Assembly (NCBI GenBank): GCA_039814655.1
Contig: JBCCAW010000003.1
Location: 1 to 39,162 of the forward strand
Reading direction: 5' to 3'
Length of the DNA stretch: 39,162 bases
Source of the DNA: Myxococcota bacterium
GTDB lineage: Bacteria; Myxococcota_A; Polyangia; Polyangiales; Houyiibacteriaceae
Shown piece after piece: positions 1 through 9,002 of this stretch. Under the pieces are notes generated by a model. It searched no databases. It was not told the origin of the DNA and worked only from the letters and a program-made list of their open reading frames with translations. Made by a program: the position numbers and the translations under genes. Position 1 is the stretch's first letter, and each line of letters starts with the position of its first letter.

Positions 1-58
1 CGCCACCTTCGCGCCGACGCATTGGCTCGACGACCTCCCGTCGCTGCTCCGGCTCTGA
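1..58 (+). CDS. 3' end of a gene entering the window (possibly HAD-hydrolase-like C-terminus)
   Basis: Frame from nt 2 reads ATFAPTHWLDDLPSLLRL* with GC-rich third positions; TGA at 56-58. Family guess rests on 18 residues only. Confidence 0.4.
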   Translation, partial: ATFAPTHWLDDLPSLLRL

Positions 59-75
59 GGAGCGCGCCGGGCCTA

Positions 76-1749
76 CTACTTCTTCAAGGCCCCGCGCAGG
101 CGGTCGAGGAGGCTGCCGATCCCAGCCTCCGGCTTCGGCGTGGCCGAGGGTCGCATGGACGCACCGATGCTTCGCCGCCGCATCTCGCCGAGCCGCGCGA
201 ACTGCACCGCCTCACGGTTCATCGGGTTGAGCGCCGCGACGCGCGTGTACAGCTCGAAGGCCTCGTCGTCGCGGTCGAGACGGCGCAGCAGCTCCCCCTT
301 CACCATGAGCGCGTCTTCGTGGCGCGGGTCCAGGTCGAGGGCCTTCTCGAGCACGGCCTCGAGATCCCTGCGGGCCGAGGGGGACTTCACCCCGTCCACG
401 CGCACCATCAGCTGCGCCGTCGCCACGAGGAAGTCGATCTCCTGCGGGGCCAGCTCGACGACTTCGGCCATGCTCTCGAGGGCCTCGGCGTCCTTCCCTT
501 CGTCCATGAGGTCCTGGACCCTCTCGAAGTTCATGCGTGCCCGGGACGCGCGGTCGGCTTCGGCGATGAGCGCCGGCGTCCCTCGTCCGGCGCGAAGCTG
601 AGCCTCGTAGCCCCGGCGGCGCGTCGCGTCCGTCAGCGTGCGGCGGGCAACCTCCAGGTGCTCGACGAGGGACTTGGCCAGGGGCCGCAGCGTCGCAAGA
701 GCCTCCGGGAGCGACTCCGGATCCCACTTGGCCAAGCGCGCCGTCGCCGCGGCGTCGACCTGTTCCGCCGTCGCCGACGAAGGCAAGCCCAGCATCTGGA
801 AATAGTTCTGGTGAACGATCTCCTCGGACACGTGGAGAAGCTCGACCCAGCGCAGCTTCTCGGCCGTGGGGAGCTTGGGCGGCGGAGGCGGAGGCGGAGG
901 CGCCGCCGAGCGGCTCTTGTGAATCCAGCCGGAGACCCAGCGCCGCGGGGCCAGCGAGGACCGGGCGGGAACCGCCACGGACCCCGGCGAGGTGCCGACG
1001 AGCGCCGAATCCGGAGGCCGGCGCGTACCGCGGGCAGGAGAGACGCTCCGCGCGTTCCCCGGTGGCAAGGTCGCCACCGGCGGGAGCGAGCGCGGCGCCA
1101 TGGATCGCCTGCCCGGCGAGAGCGAGAGGGAGTCGACGGGCTGGGCGCTGAGGGGCTTGGAGCCGCTCGGCGCGGGCATCGTCGGGGCCCGGTCAGGGCG
1201 AAGCGCATCGAAGATGGCCAGGAGGTAGAGTACGCGCCGCGTCGTCTTCGGGTCGTTCGACGCCGCGAGGTGCTCACGCACGCTCGCCGTCGACGCAAGC
1301 ATGACGTCGAGGGCGGCCCGCTCCCGATCGAGAAGCGCGAAGCGCTCGACTTCCCGCGCATGGACGCGCACCGGCTCCTCCCCGAAGCCCGCGAGAATGC
1401 GCGCCACCGCGGCCTCGGGGAGACCACCGCGGAGCGATGCGGCCACGAGCGCGTAGGTATCGACGGTGCCAGCGGTCCCCGCGTCGCCCACGAGGTCCGC
1501 GGGATAGAAGGCGTAGGGCCCCTGTCGCTCGCGGAAGAGCGGCAGCAGCGAACGCATGGAGTCCGCGCTCACCGTGGCCACGTAGAAGCGCTGGAGCTGC
1601 CCCGCCGCGAAGAGGAGCCGGTCGCTCACGGCGCCTTCGGTCCACAGCACGAGCGTCCCGGCGAGCTTCTTCCGGAGAATACTCAGCAGGACGTGCTGCA
1701 AAGGGGTACGCATCAGGTCCCCTTTGGCGATGGGCTTCGGTACCGCCAC
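76..1749 (-). CDS. DUF4388-like N-terminus, Pro/Ser/Arg linker, degenerate J-like domain and TPR repeats
   Basis: N-terminal GDLMRTPLQHVLLSILRKKLAGTLVL; J-like NYFQMLGLPSSA...KWDPE...RRRGYEAQL; TPR-like ALDLDPRHEDAL and VAALNPMNREA. GTG start. Confidence 0.75.
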   Translation of the reverse strand: MAVPKPIAKGDLMRTPLQHVLLSILRKKLAGTLVLWTEGAVSDRLLFAAGQLQRFYVATVSADSMRSLLPLFRERQGPYAFYPADLVGDAGTAGTVDTYALVAASLRGGLPEAAVARILAGFGEEPVRVHAREVERFALLDRERAALDVMLASTASVREHLAASNDPKTTRRVLYLLAIFDALRPDRAPTMPAPSGSKPLSAQPVDSLSLSPGRRSMAPRSLPPVATLPPGNARSVSPARGTRRPPDSALVGTSPGSVAVPARSSLAPRRWVSGWIHKSRSAAPPPPPPPPKLPTAEKLRWVELLHVSEEIVHQNYFQMLGLPSSATAEQVDAAATARLAKWDPESLPEALATLRPLAKSLVEHLEVARRTLTDATRRRGYEAQLRAGRGTPALIAEADRASRARMNFERVQDLMDEGKDAEALESMAEVVELAPQEIDFLVATAQLMVRVDGVKSPSARRDLEAVLEKALDLDPRHEDALMVKGELLRRLDRDDEAFELYTRVAALNPMNREAVQFARLGEMRRRSIGASMRPSATPKPEAGIGSLLDRLRGALKK

Positions 1750-1811
1750 GGACGGCTCATCGTTCCATAGGTGCGAGCGCTGAACCGTAACAGGAAGTAT
1801 CCGGGAGCGCT

Positions 1812-2684
1812 TCAGCCCGCAGCGAAGGCCTGAGCGAGCGCACGGTGCATGGCCTCGGCGCCGGCGAAGCGTTCGTCGGGGTTCTTGGCGAGGGCCTGCG
1901 CGATCACCTCGTCGACGGCCGCCGGTACGTGGTCCACGAGCGTCGTCAGCGAAGGCGGCGCCTGCTCGAGAATGGCCGTCCCGAGCTGGGAGAGGTTCTT
2001 GGCCTCGAAGGGCGGCGCGCCGGCGAGGAGCCGGTAGAGCACCGCGCCCGCCGCGTAGATGTCCACGCGGTGGTCGATGGCATCGGGCGTCATGATCTGC
2101 TCCGGCGCTACGTGCGTCAGGCCGGAGATGATGACGCGCGTCTCGGTCTGGCTGGTGTAGTGCGCGCCGCCAAGCTCCTTGGAGAAACCGAACTCCGTGA
2201 GCTTGAGAAGCAACGAGCCGTCGTGGGCCGTGAGGTGATGCAGGTTCTCCGCCGCGACGTCGCGATGGACGACGCCGCGGCCGTGCACGTAGGCGAGGGC
2301 CTCGAGGAGCTGCTCGGCGATGGGCTGCACCTCGTCGACGCGGAGCGGACCCTGCACCGCCGAGCGCTCGGCGAGGCTCGGCCCATCCAGGTCCTCGAGC
2401 ACGAGCATGGGGCGGCCGTCGATACGCGCGAGGTCGAAGACCTGCACCACGTTCGGGTGCCGCATCATGGACACGATGCGCCCGCTGCGGATGAAGCGCT
2501 TCGCCGGCCTCGGTTTGTCGCCCAGATAGATCGTCAGGGCGACGTTCCGGCCGAGGTCCATGTGCGTGGCGCTGTAGATGGCCACCTCTCCGCTCGAGCG
2601 GAGGAGCTGGGAGACCCGGTACCGCCCGTCGACGATGGTGCCGGGGGCCAGGGCGTGCGGCGGCGGCTGCGAGGGGAGAACCAC
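1812..2684 (-). CDS. Hanks-type Ser/Thr kinase-fold protein, probable pseudokinase
   Basis: RYRV, HPNVVQVFD, VVHRD, APE, DIYAAG and PDERF subdomains are present. VAIK reads VALT, HRDxKxxN reads HRDVAAEN, DFG reads EFG. Confidence 0.85.
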   Translation of the reverse strand: MVLPSQPPPHALAPGTIVDGRYRVSQLLRSSGEVAIYSATHMDLGRNVALTIYLGDKPRPAKRFIRSGRIVSMMRHPNVVQVFDLARIDGRPMLVLEDLDGPSLAERSAVQGPLRVDEVQPIAEQLLEALAYVHGRGVVHRDVAAENLHHLTAHDGSLLLKLTEFGFSKELGGAHYTSQTETRVIISGLTHVAPEQIMTPDAIDHRVDIYAAGAVLYRLLAGAPPFEAKNLSQLGTAILEQAPPSLTTLVDHVPAAVDEVIAQALAKNPDERFAGAEAMHRALAQAFAAG

Positions 2685-2797
2685 GGAAAGACCATCATAA
2701 GAGAAGTCGAAACGCGCGAACAGGCGACATGGTGGTCGTCCCCGCTTCGTAACGGGGAAGAGGCGCGTCGGTCCGCTGGCGTACTAGAGTCGCCGCG

Positions 2798-3472
2798 ATG
2801 AAGGAGGGGCCGGAGCTGCAGGTCATCCGCGAAGTGCTCGAGGGTTTGCTCAGCCGCGAGGTCGCGGCTGCCGTGCTTTTCGAGGCGCTCGAGGACGAGG
2901 CGCACCCGCCCCAGGACCCGGCGGGCTGGATGCGCTTCGCCCGCGGCGCCCTGCAGCGCGCGGCCACGAGCCGCTGCGGCGCGGAGACCGGAAACGAGAT
3001 TCTCGAGCACATCTCGATGATTCTCGGACGCCCCAAGGCCCCCTTGTTGAAGCGGCGGCGGCGCCAGTCGGACATCCCCACCGGTCGGTTTCAAACGCAC
3101 GTGGGCCCGGCGCGGGTCCTCCTCGTCGCCCGCACCGGCCGGCTCGCGCGCAGCCTCAAGGCGACGCTCCGGGAGCAGGTGGTTCCCCTGGTCTGCGGCG
3201 AGCTGGTCCGCCTCGAGACCTTTGCCCACGATTTTCGCCCCAACCTGGTGATCATCGACGCCCACGACGCACCGGACGGCGTGCCTGAAGCCTACGCCCG
3301 GCGATTCGGCGCCTTCGGCCCGGAGGTCCTGACCCTGATCTGGGACGACGATGGAGACCTCGGCCTGGCCCTCCAGGAAGCGCTCGGCGAGGCCGGGCGG
3401 CGGGTGTCCCGCTTCGCCCGCGAGGACGGCGTGGACCCGCTCCTCGACCTGGTCCGGGCCATGCAGACCTGA
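2798..3472 (+). CDS. Hypothetical protein, C-terminal half weakly receiver-like
   Basis: Typical codon bias; ARVLLVA...[10 protein letters not shown] resembles beta1/beta3 of a CheY-like fold; TAGAGT 7 nt before the ATG. Confidence 0.6.
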   Translation: MKEGPELQVIREVLEGLLSREVAAAVLFEALEDEAHPPQDPAGWMRFARGALQRAATSRCGAETGNEILEHISMILGRPKAPLLKRRRRQSDIPTGRFQTHVGPARVLLVARTGRLARSLKATLREQVVPLVCGELVRLETFAHDFRPNLVIIDAHDAPDGVPEAYARRFGAFGPEVLTLIWDDDGDLGLALQEALGEAGRRVSRFAREDGVDPLLDLVRAMQT

Positions 3473-3540
3473 ACCGCTTGCGCCGCCGCGATCGATCCGT
3501 CAGGGTTCCGCCCCCTCGGGAATCAGGAGCGACGGACCCC

Positions 3541-3846
3541 ATGGCCAGCAAAGCCAAGATTGCGCGCAACCAGCACCGCGAGAAACTCGCGGCGAAGTAC
3601 GCGAAGAAGCGCAGGCAGCTCAAGCGCATCGTGAGCGACCCCAACGCCTCCATGGAGGCGAAGTACGAGGCCATCGCCGCGCTTCAGAAGCTTCCCCGGA
3701 ACTCGAGCCCCGTGCGCATCCGAAACCGTTGTCAGGTAACGGGGCGTCCGCGCGGCTACTACCGGAAGTTCGCCATGAGCCGCATCGCGCTCCGCGACCT
3801 GGGCCTCCGCGGTGAGATCCCGGGTCTCACGAAGTCGAGCTGGTAA
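3541..3846 (+). CDS. rpsN: 30S ribosomal protein S14, long 101-aa zinc-independent form
   Basis: [38 protein letters not shown]...[11 protein letters not shown]; ATG at 3541 after AGGAG; a single Cys. Confidence 0.97.
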   Translation: MASKAKIARNQHREKLAAKYAKKRRQLKRIVSDPNASMEAKYEAIAALQKLPRNSSPVRIRNRCQVTGRPRGYYRKFAMSRIALRDLGLRGEIPGLTKSSW

Positions 3847-4019
3847 TGCCGCGGGACAAGATCCGAATGATTTCGTCGGCCGGTACGGGCTACACGTACT
3901 ACACGACGAAGAACAAGCGAACGATGCCGGGCAAGCTGAAGCTTAAGAAGTACGACCCGCGTGCACGCCAGCACGTGGAGTTCGTCGAAGCGAAGATGCC
4001 TAGCAGCTCGAAGAAGTGA
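3846..4019 (+). CDS. rpmG: 50S ribosomal protein L33, Cys-free form (57 aa, absent from the ORF track)
   Basis: Hand translation: [57 protein letters not shown]; TAATG overlap with the rpsN stop. Confidence 0.96.
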   Translation: MPRDKIRMISSAGTGYTYYTTKNKRTMPGKLKLKKYDPRARQHVEFVEAKMPSSSKK

Positions 4020-4028
4020 GCGGAAGCG

Positions 4029-4265
4029 ATGTCCAAGGTCTGTCAGGTCACCGGTAAGGGCGTCATGGTCGGCAATCGGGTCTCGCACTCGAACCGCAAG
4101 ACGAAGCGTCGGCTGCTGCCCAACCTTCAGACGCACCGCTTTTGGGTGCCGAGCGAGAACCGCTTCGTGAAGCTCAAGCTGAGCACCGCGGGCATCCGCG
4201 AGATCGACAAGCGCGGCATCGACACGGTGCTTCGCGAGCTTCGCCAAAAGGGCGTGAAGGTCTGA
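4029..4265 (+). CDS. rpmB: 50S ribosomal protein L28, 78-aa zinc-independent form
   Basis: [10 protein letters not shown]...[25 protein letters not shown]...IDKRGID; no CxxC pair. Confidence 0.97.
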   Translation: MSKVCQVTGKGVMVGNRVSHSNRKTKRRLLPNLQTHRFWVPSENRFVKLKLSTAGIREIDKRGIDTVLRELRQKGVKV

Positions 4266-4299
4266 GGCGCGACCGAGCCTTCATGGCTCGACGCACGAG

Positions 4300-4327
4300 A
4301 AAGCCCGGGCTCGGTCCGGGCTTTTTT
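4300..4327 (+). terminator. Intrinsic terminator after rpsN-rpmG-rpmB
   Basis: AAAGCCCGGGC-TCG-GTCCGGGCTTT stem (one G-U pair) running into TTTTTT. A smaller hairpin CGAGCC-TTCAT-GGCTCG lies at 4274-4290. Confidence 0.85.
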
Positions 4328-4370
4328 CGTCCGTCCCGGCGGCGAGTGGCGGTGTACTACTCTTCGGCGC

Positions 4371-4787
4371 ATGGCCGAGACCATCTTCAGCAAGATCCTC
4401 CGCGGCGAGATTCCCTGCCACGAGGTCTACCAGGACGAGCACGTGCTGGCGTTCCTGGACATCGGACCGCTCGCCAAGGGCCATGTGCTGGTGATTCCGA
4501 AGGAAGAGGTGGCCACCGTCGCGGAGCTCACCGACGAGGCGAGCGCCGCCATCGGCCGGGTCCTGCCGCGCCTCTGCCGAGCCGTCATGAGGGTGAGCGG
4601 CTGCGACGAATACAACATCCTGCAGAACAACGGCCCGCGCGCGCATCAAGCCGTCTTTCACGTGCACTTCCACATCATCCCGAAGCCCCTCGGCGGTGGG
4701 GGCCTCGGCATCGACTGGCCCGCGGGCAAGCTCGACCCCGAAGAGGCGCCGGCGCTGGCCGAGGCCATACGTAGCGCCGTGGGCTGA
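4371..4787 (+). CDS. HIT family nucleotide hydrolase (HinT-like)
   Basis: TIFSKILRGEIP, AFLDIGP, GHVLVIPK, and histidine triad HQAVFHVHFHIIP. Confidence 0.93.
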   Translation: MAETIFSKILRGEIPCHEVYQDEHVLAFLDIGPLAKGHVLVIPKEEVATVAELTDEASAAIGRVLPRLCRAVMRVSGCDEYNILQNNGPRAHQAVFHVHFHIIPKPLGGGGLGIDWPAGKLDPEEAPALAEAIRSAVG

Positions 4788-4817
4788 GCGCGCAGCCTAC
4801 ACGCGAAGGCGCGGACC

Positions 4818-5978
4818 TCAGCCGGCGTCCTTGGGCGTCATGAGCGCCACCGTCGCGGCGCCGTCGCGCGAGCGAAGGCGCACGCGAAGCGGGAGGTTCG
4901 TGCGCCGGGCGAAGCGCGGGTCCTGGCTGGCGAGCGCCACGGTCCAGCCCGGCGGCAGCGCGCGCGCCCGCTCGCCGAAGCGCGCGTAGAGGCGGCGCTG
5001 GGACCTGCCCTGAAAGAACGCGGCGCGCGGCGCGTCCGTGATGAGAGCCCCGCGCTCGGGCAGTACGCCTTCGAGCGCCGGGGCGTGGTCGAAGTCCGCG
5101 TGCTCGAGCGTGAGGTCCGCACGGACGCCAGCGCGTTCGGCGGCCGCGGCGGCGGCCGCACAGGCCTGCGCGTCGATGTCGCTCCCGCGAAGGGACAAGG
5201 CGACCGGCGACCGCTCTCGGGCCCGCGCGTCGCGCTCGGCCGCGTCCCGCGCCGCGGCGCCCCCGGGGAAGCTCTCGAAGGCGAAGCGTCGACCGAGACC
5301 CGGCGCACGCTTGCGCGCGAGGAGGGCAGCCTCGATGAGGATCGTGCCCTGGCCCACGAAGGGGTCGACGAGCGTCGCCTCCCGGTCCCAGCCGCTCACG
5401 CGCAGAAGCGCGCGCGCCAGGTCGGGCCGGAGCGGCGCCATGGCCGCGGTTCCACGAAAGTCTCCCCGGTAGCCGCGCGCGTGGAGCGGCGCGCCGCTGG
5501 TGTCTACGCTGACGAGGGCCTCGTCGTCCACGACGCGCACGGAGACGGCGACGGCGCCCGCGTCGCCGGCGCTGGCGCGGGGCGGGCTGTCGCCGAGGGC
5601 CTCGACGAGCGCCGCGTGCACCTGCGCCTCCATGGCGCGAGCGGCGCTCAGCCTGGAGCCCGTCGAGAACGCCCGCAGCCGGAGCGGGCTCGCCGGCGTC
5701 AGCACCTCCGCCCAGGGCAAGGCCGCGGCCTCGCGCGCCAGCGTCGCGAGGTCCGGGCAGGCGAAGCGGCCGAGGCGAAGGCGCACCTGCTCGGCCACCC
5801 CGAGCTCGAGGTTGAGCCGGGCCAGAGTCGCGAGGCCTGGCGGCGTCTCGAGGCGCGCTCCGCCGCTCGTCAGCTCCGCGGTGGTGCCCGGAAGCGCGAG
5901 CTCGCGAAGCTCCTCGGCGAGCACCCGCTCGAGGCCCGCGGCGCAGCCGACGAAGAGCTCCTGGGTCCCGGAATCCAT
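4818..5978 (-). CDS. THUMP-domain RNA methyltransferase (RlmL/YpsC-like)
   Basis: GLERVLAEEL, VSVDTSGAPLHARGYR, APLRPDLA, DPFVGQGTILIEAA, GSDID. Motif IV reads DAPR rather than NPPY. ATG 5978 preferred over 6038. Confidence 0.8.
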   Translation of the reverse strand: MDSGTQELFVGCAAGLERVLAEELRELALPGTTAELTSGGARLETPPGLATLARLNLELGVAEQVRLRLGRFACPDLATLAREAAALPWAEVLTPASPLRLRAFSTGSRLSAARAMEAQVHAALVEALGDSPPRASAGDAGAVAVSVRVVDDEALVSVDTSGAPLHARGYRGDFRGTAAMAPLRPDLARALLRVSGWDREATLVDPFVGQGTILIEAALLARKRAPGLGRRFAFESFPGGAAARDAAERDARARERSPVALSLRGSDIDAQACAAAAAAAERAGVRADLTLEHADFDHAPALEGVLPERGALITDAPRAAFFQGRSQRRLYARFGERARALPPGWTVALASQDPRFARRTNLPLRVRLRSRDGAATVALMTPKDAG

Positions 5979-6134
5979 GGCCGGAGAGTCTGCGGTGCCA
6001 CGGCGTCGGGCGAAAGTGCGCGCTCCAATCGGAGGCAAGCACGGTCCCGGCCAGGAGAGTTCTTCGAGCTCATCGAGCCTCCTTGGCCGGCTTCGTGGGC
6101 GCGACCGGGATCCAGGCCGCGCTCCGCCGGAGCG

Positions 6135-6569
6135 TCAGGCCTGCGGACCGCGCGCGAGGTGCGCTTCGGCGAGGGCACGGATGCGCTTGATCATCGCGTG
6201 GAGGCCGTTGCTCCGGCCGGGGCTCAGGTGCTTGTCGAGGCCAAGCTCGGCGAGGGCCGACGCGTGCTCCGTTTCGAGGATCTCCGCCGGCGTCTTTCCG
6301 CCGTAGAGCATGAGCACGATCGCGATGAGCCCCTTCACCAGGTGCGCGTCGCTGTCTGCGAGGAAGTGCATGCGGCCCTGGTCGCCGAGCGTACCCACGA
6401 CCCACACCTGGCTCATGCAGCCCTTCACCTTGTGCGCGTCGACCTTGAGCGCGTCGTCCATGGGGTCGAGCTCGCCGCCGAGGTCGAGAATGGTCTTGTA
6501 GCGGTCCATCCAATCGTCGAGGAGCTCGAAGCTCTCGGCCAACTCCTCCAGCGTGGTCTCCACGGGCAC
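6135..6569 (-). CDS. sufE: SufE family Fe-S cluster sulfur-acceptor protein
   Basis: DWMDRYKTILDLG, VKGCMSQVW (conserved Cys), ADSDAHLVKGL, HLSPGRSNGL. Confidence 0.93.
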   Translation of the reverse strand: MPVETTLEELAESFELLDDWMDRYKTILDLGGELDPMDDALKVDAHKVKGCMSQVWVVGTLGDQGRMHFLADSDAHLVKGLIAIVLMLYGGKTPAEILETEHASALAELGLDKHLSPGRSNGLHAMIKRIRALAEAHLARGPQA

Positions 6570-6633
6570 GAGCGGGGGCTAGGACGGGGGCGCGCATGCG
6601 GCAAGGCGCCGGTGGAAGCAGTAGGATGCCGCG

Positions 6634-7104
6634 ATGGATCCCGAGCTGGTCTTTACGCTCGTCAACGCGCTGCCCATGCCGATCTGGCTGACGTGGTTCG
6701 TCGCGCCGCGCTCCACGCTCGCCCGGTGGTTCGCCGACGCCCTCTGGCCCTGGGCGCTGCTCGCGGCAATCTACGTCGCGCTCCTGGCCGTGACCTTCAG
6801 CGGCCCGAGCCCCGGCGGCGACTTCTTCTCCTTGGCCGGTGTGATGCGCCTCTTCGACAGCGAGTGGGGCACGCTGGCCGGCTGGACGCACTACCTCTGC
6901 TTCGACCTCTTCGTGGCGCGCTGGATCATGCGAGAGGCGCCGGACGCCGGCTACCGGCTCACGCCGATCCTCGTCGGGACGCTGATGTTCGGCCCGCTCG
7001 GTCTCTTGCTCTTCTTCGGCGCGCGGCGCTGGTTGGTGCCCGCGACGCTAGTACCCGCGGCGCCGGTGACCACGGCGCACGTGCCCGCGGCGCCGGGGTC
7101 CTAG
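6634..7104 (+). CDS. ABA4-like (DUF4281) membrane protein
   Basis: Four hydrophobic segments; signature LAGWTHYLCFDLFVARWI and TLMFGPLGLL. Confidence 0.85.
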   Translation: MDPELVFTLVNALPMPIWLTWFVAPRSTLARWFADALWPWALLAAIYVALLAVTFSGPSPGGDFFSLAGVMRLFDSEWGTLAGWTHYLCFDLFVARWIMREAPDAGYRLTPILVGTLMFGPLGLLLFFGARRWLVPATLVPAAPVTTAHVPAAPGS

Positions 7105-7110
7105 CTCCGT

Positions 7111-8945
<1,835 letters not shown>

Positions 8946-9002
8946 CCGACCCGAAGCGCGCCGCAGCGGGAGCACGACCTCCCCCCGACGCACCGCGGCC
9001 CG

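Noticed and set aside
22-1770. Long plus-strand ORF (582 aa), and similar ORFs 5085-7163, 9369-11141, 18497-21814, 19000-21792, 22217-24319, 30900-33596, 34062-36539, 36829-38874
   Set aside because: Shadow frames of well-supported genes. They are Arg/Gly/Pro-rich or antisense-patterned, lack motifs, and are expected where high GC makes stop codons rare.
3496-3536. TCCGTC...GACGGA pairing as an autoregulatory rpsN leader
   Set aside because: Only 6 bp, and the 5' arm lies upstream of the candidate -10, so it is probably not transcribed.
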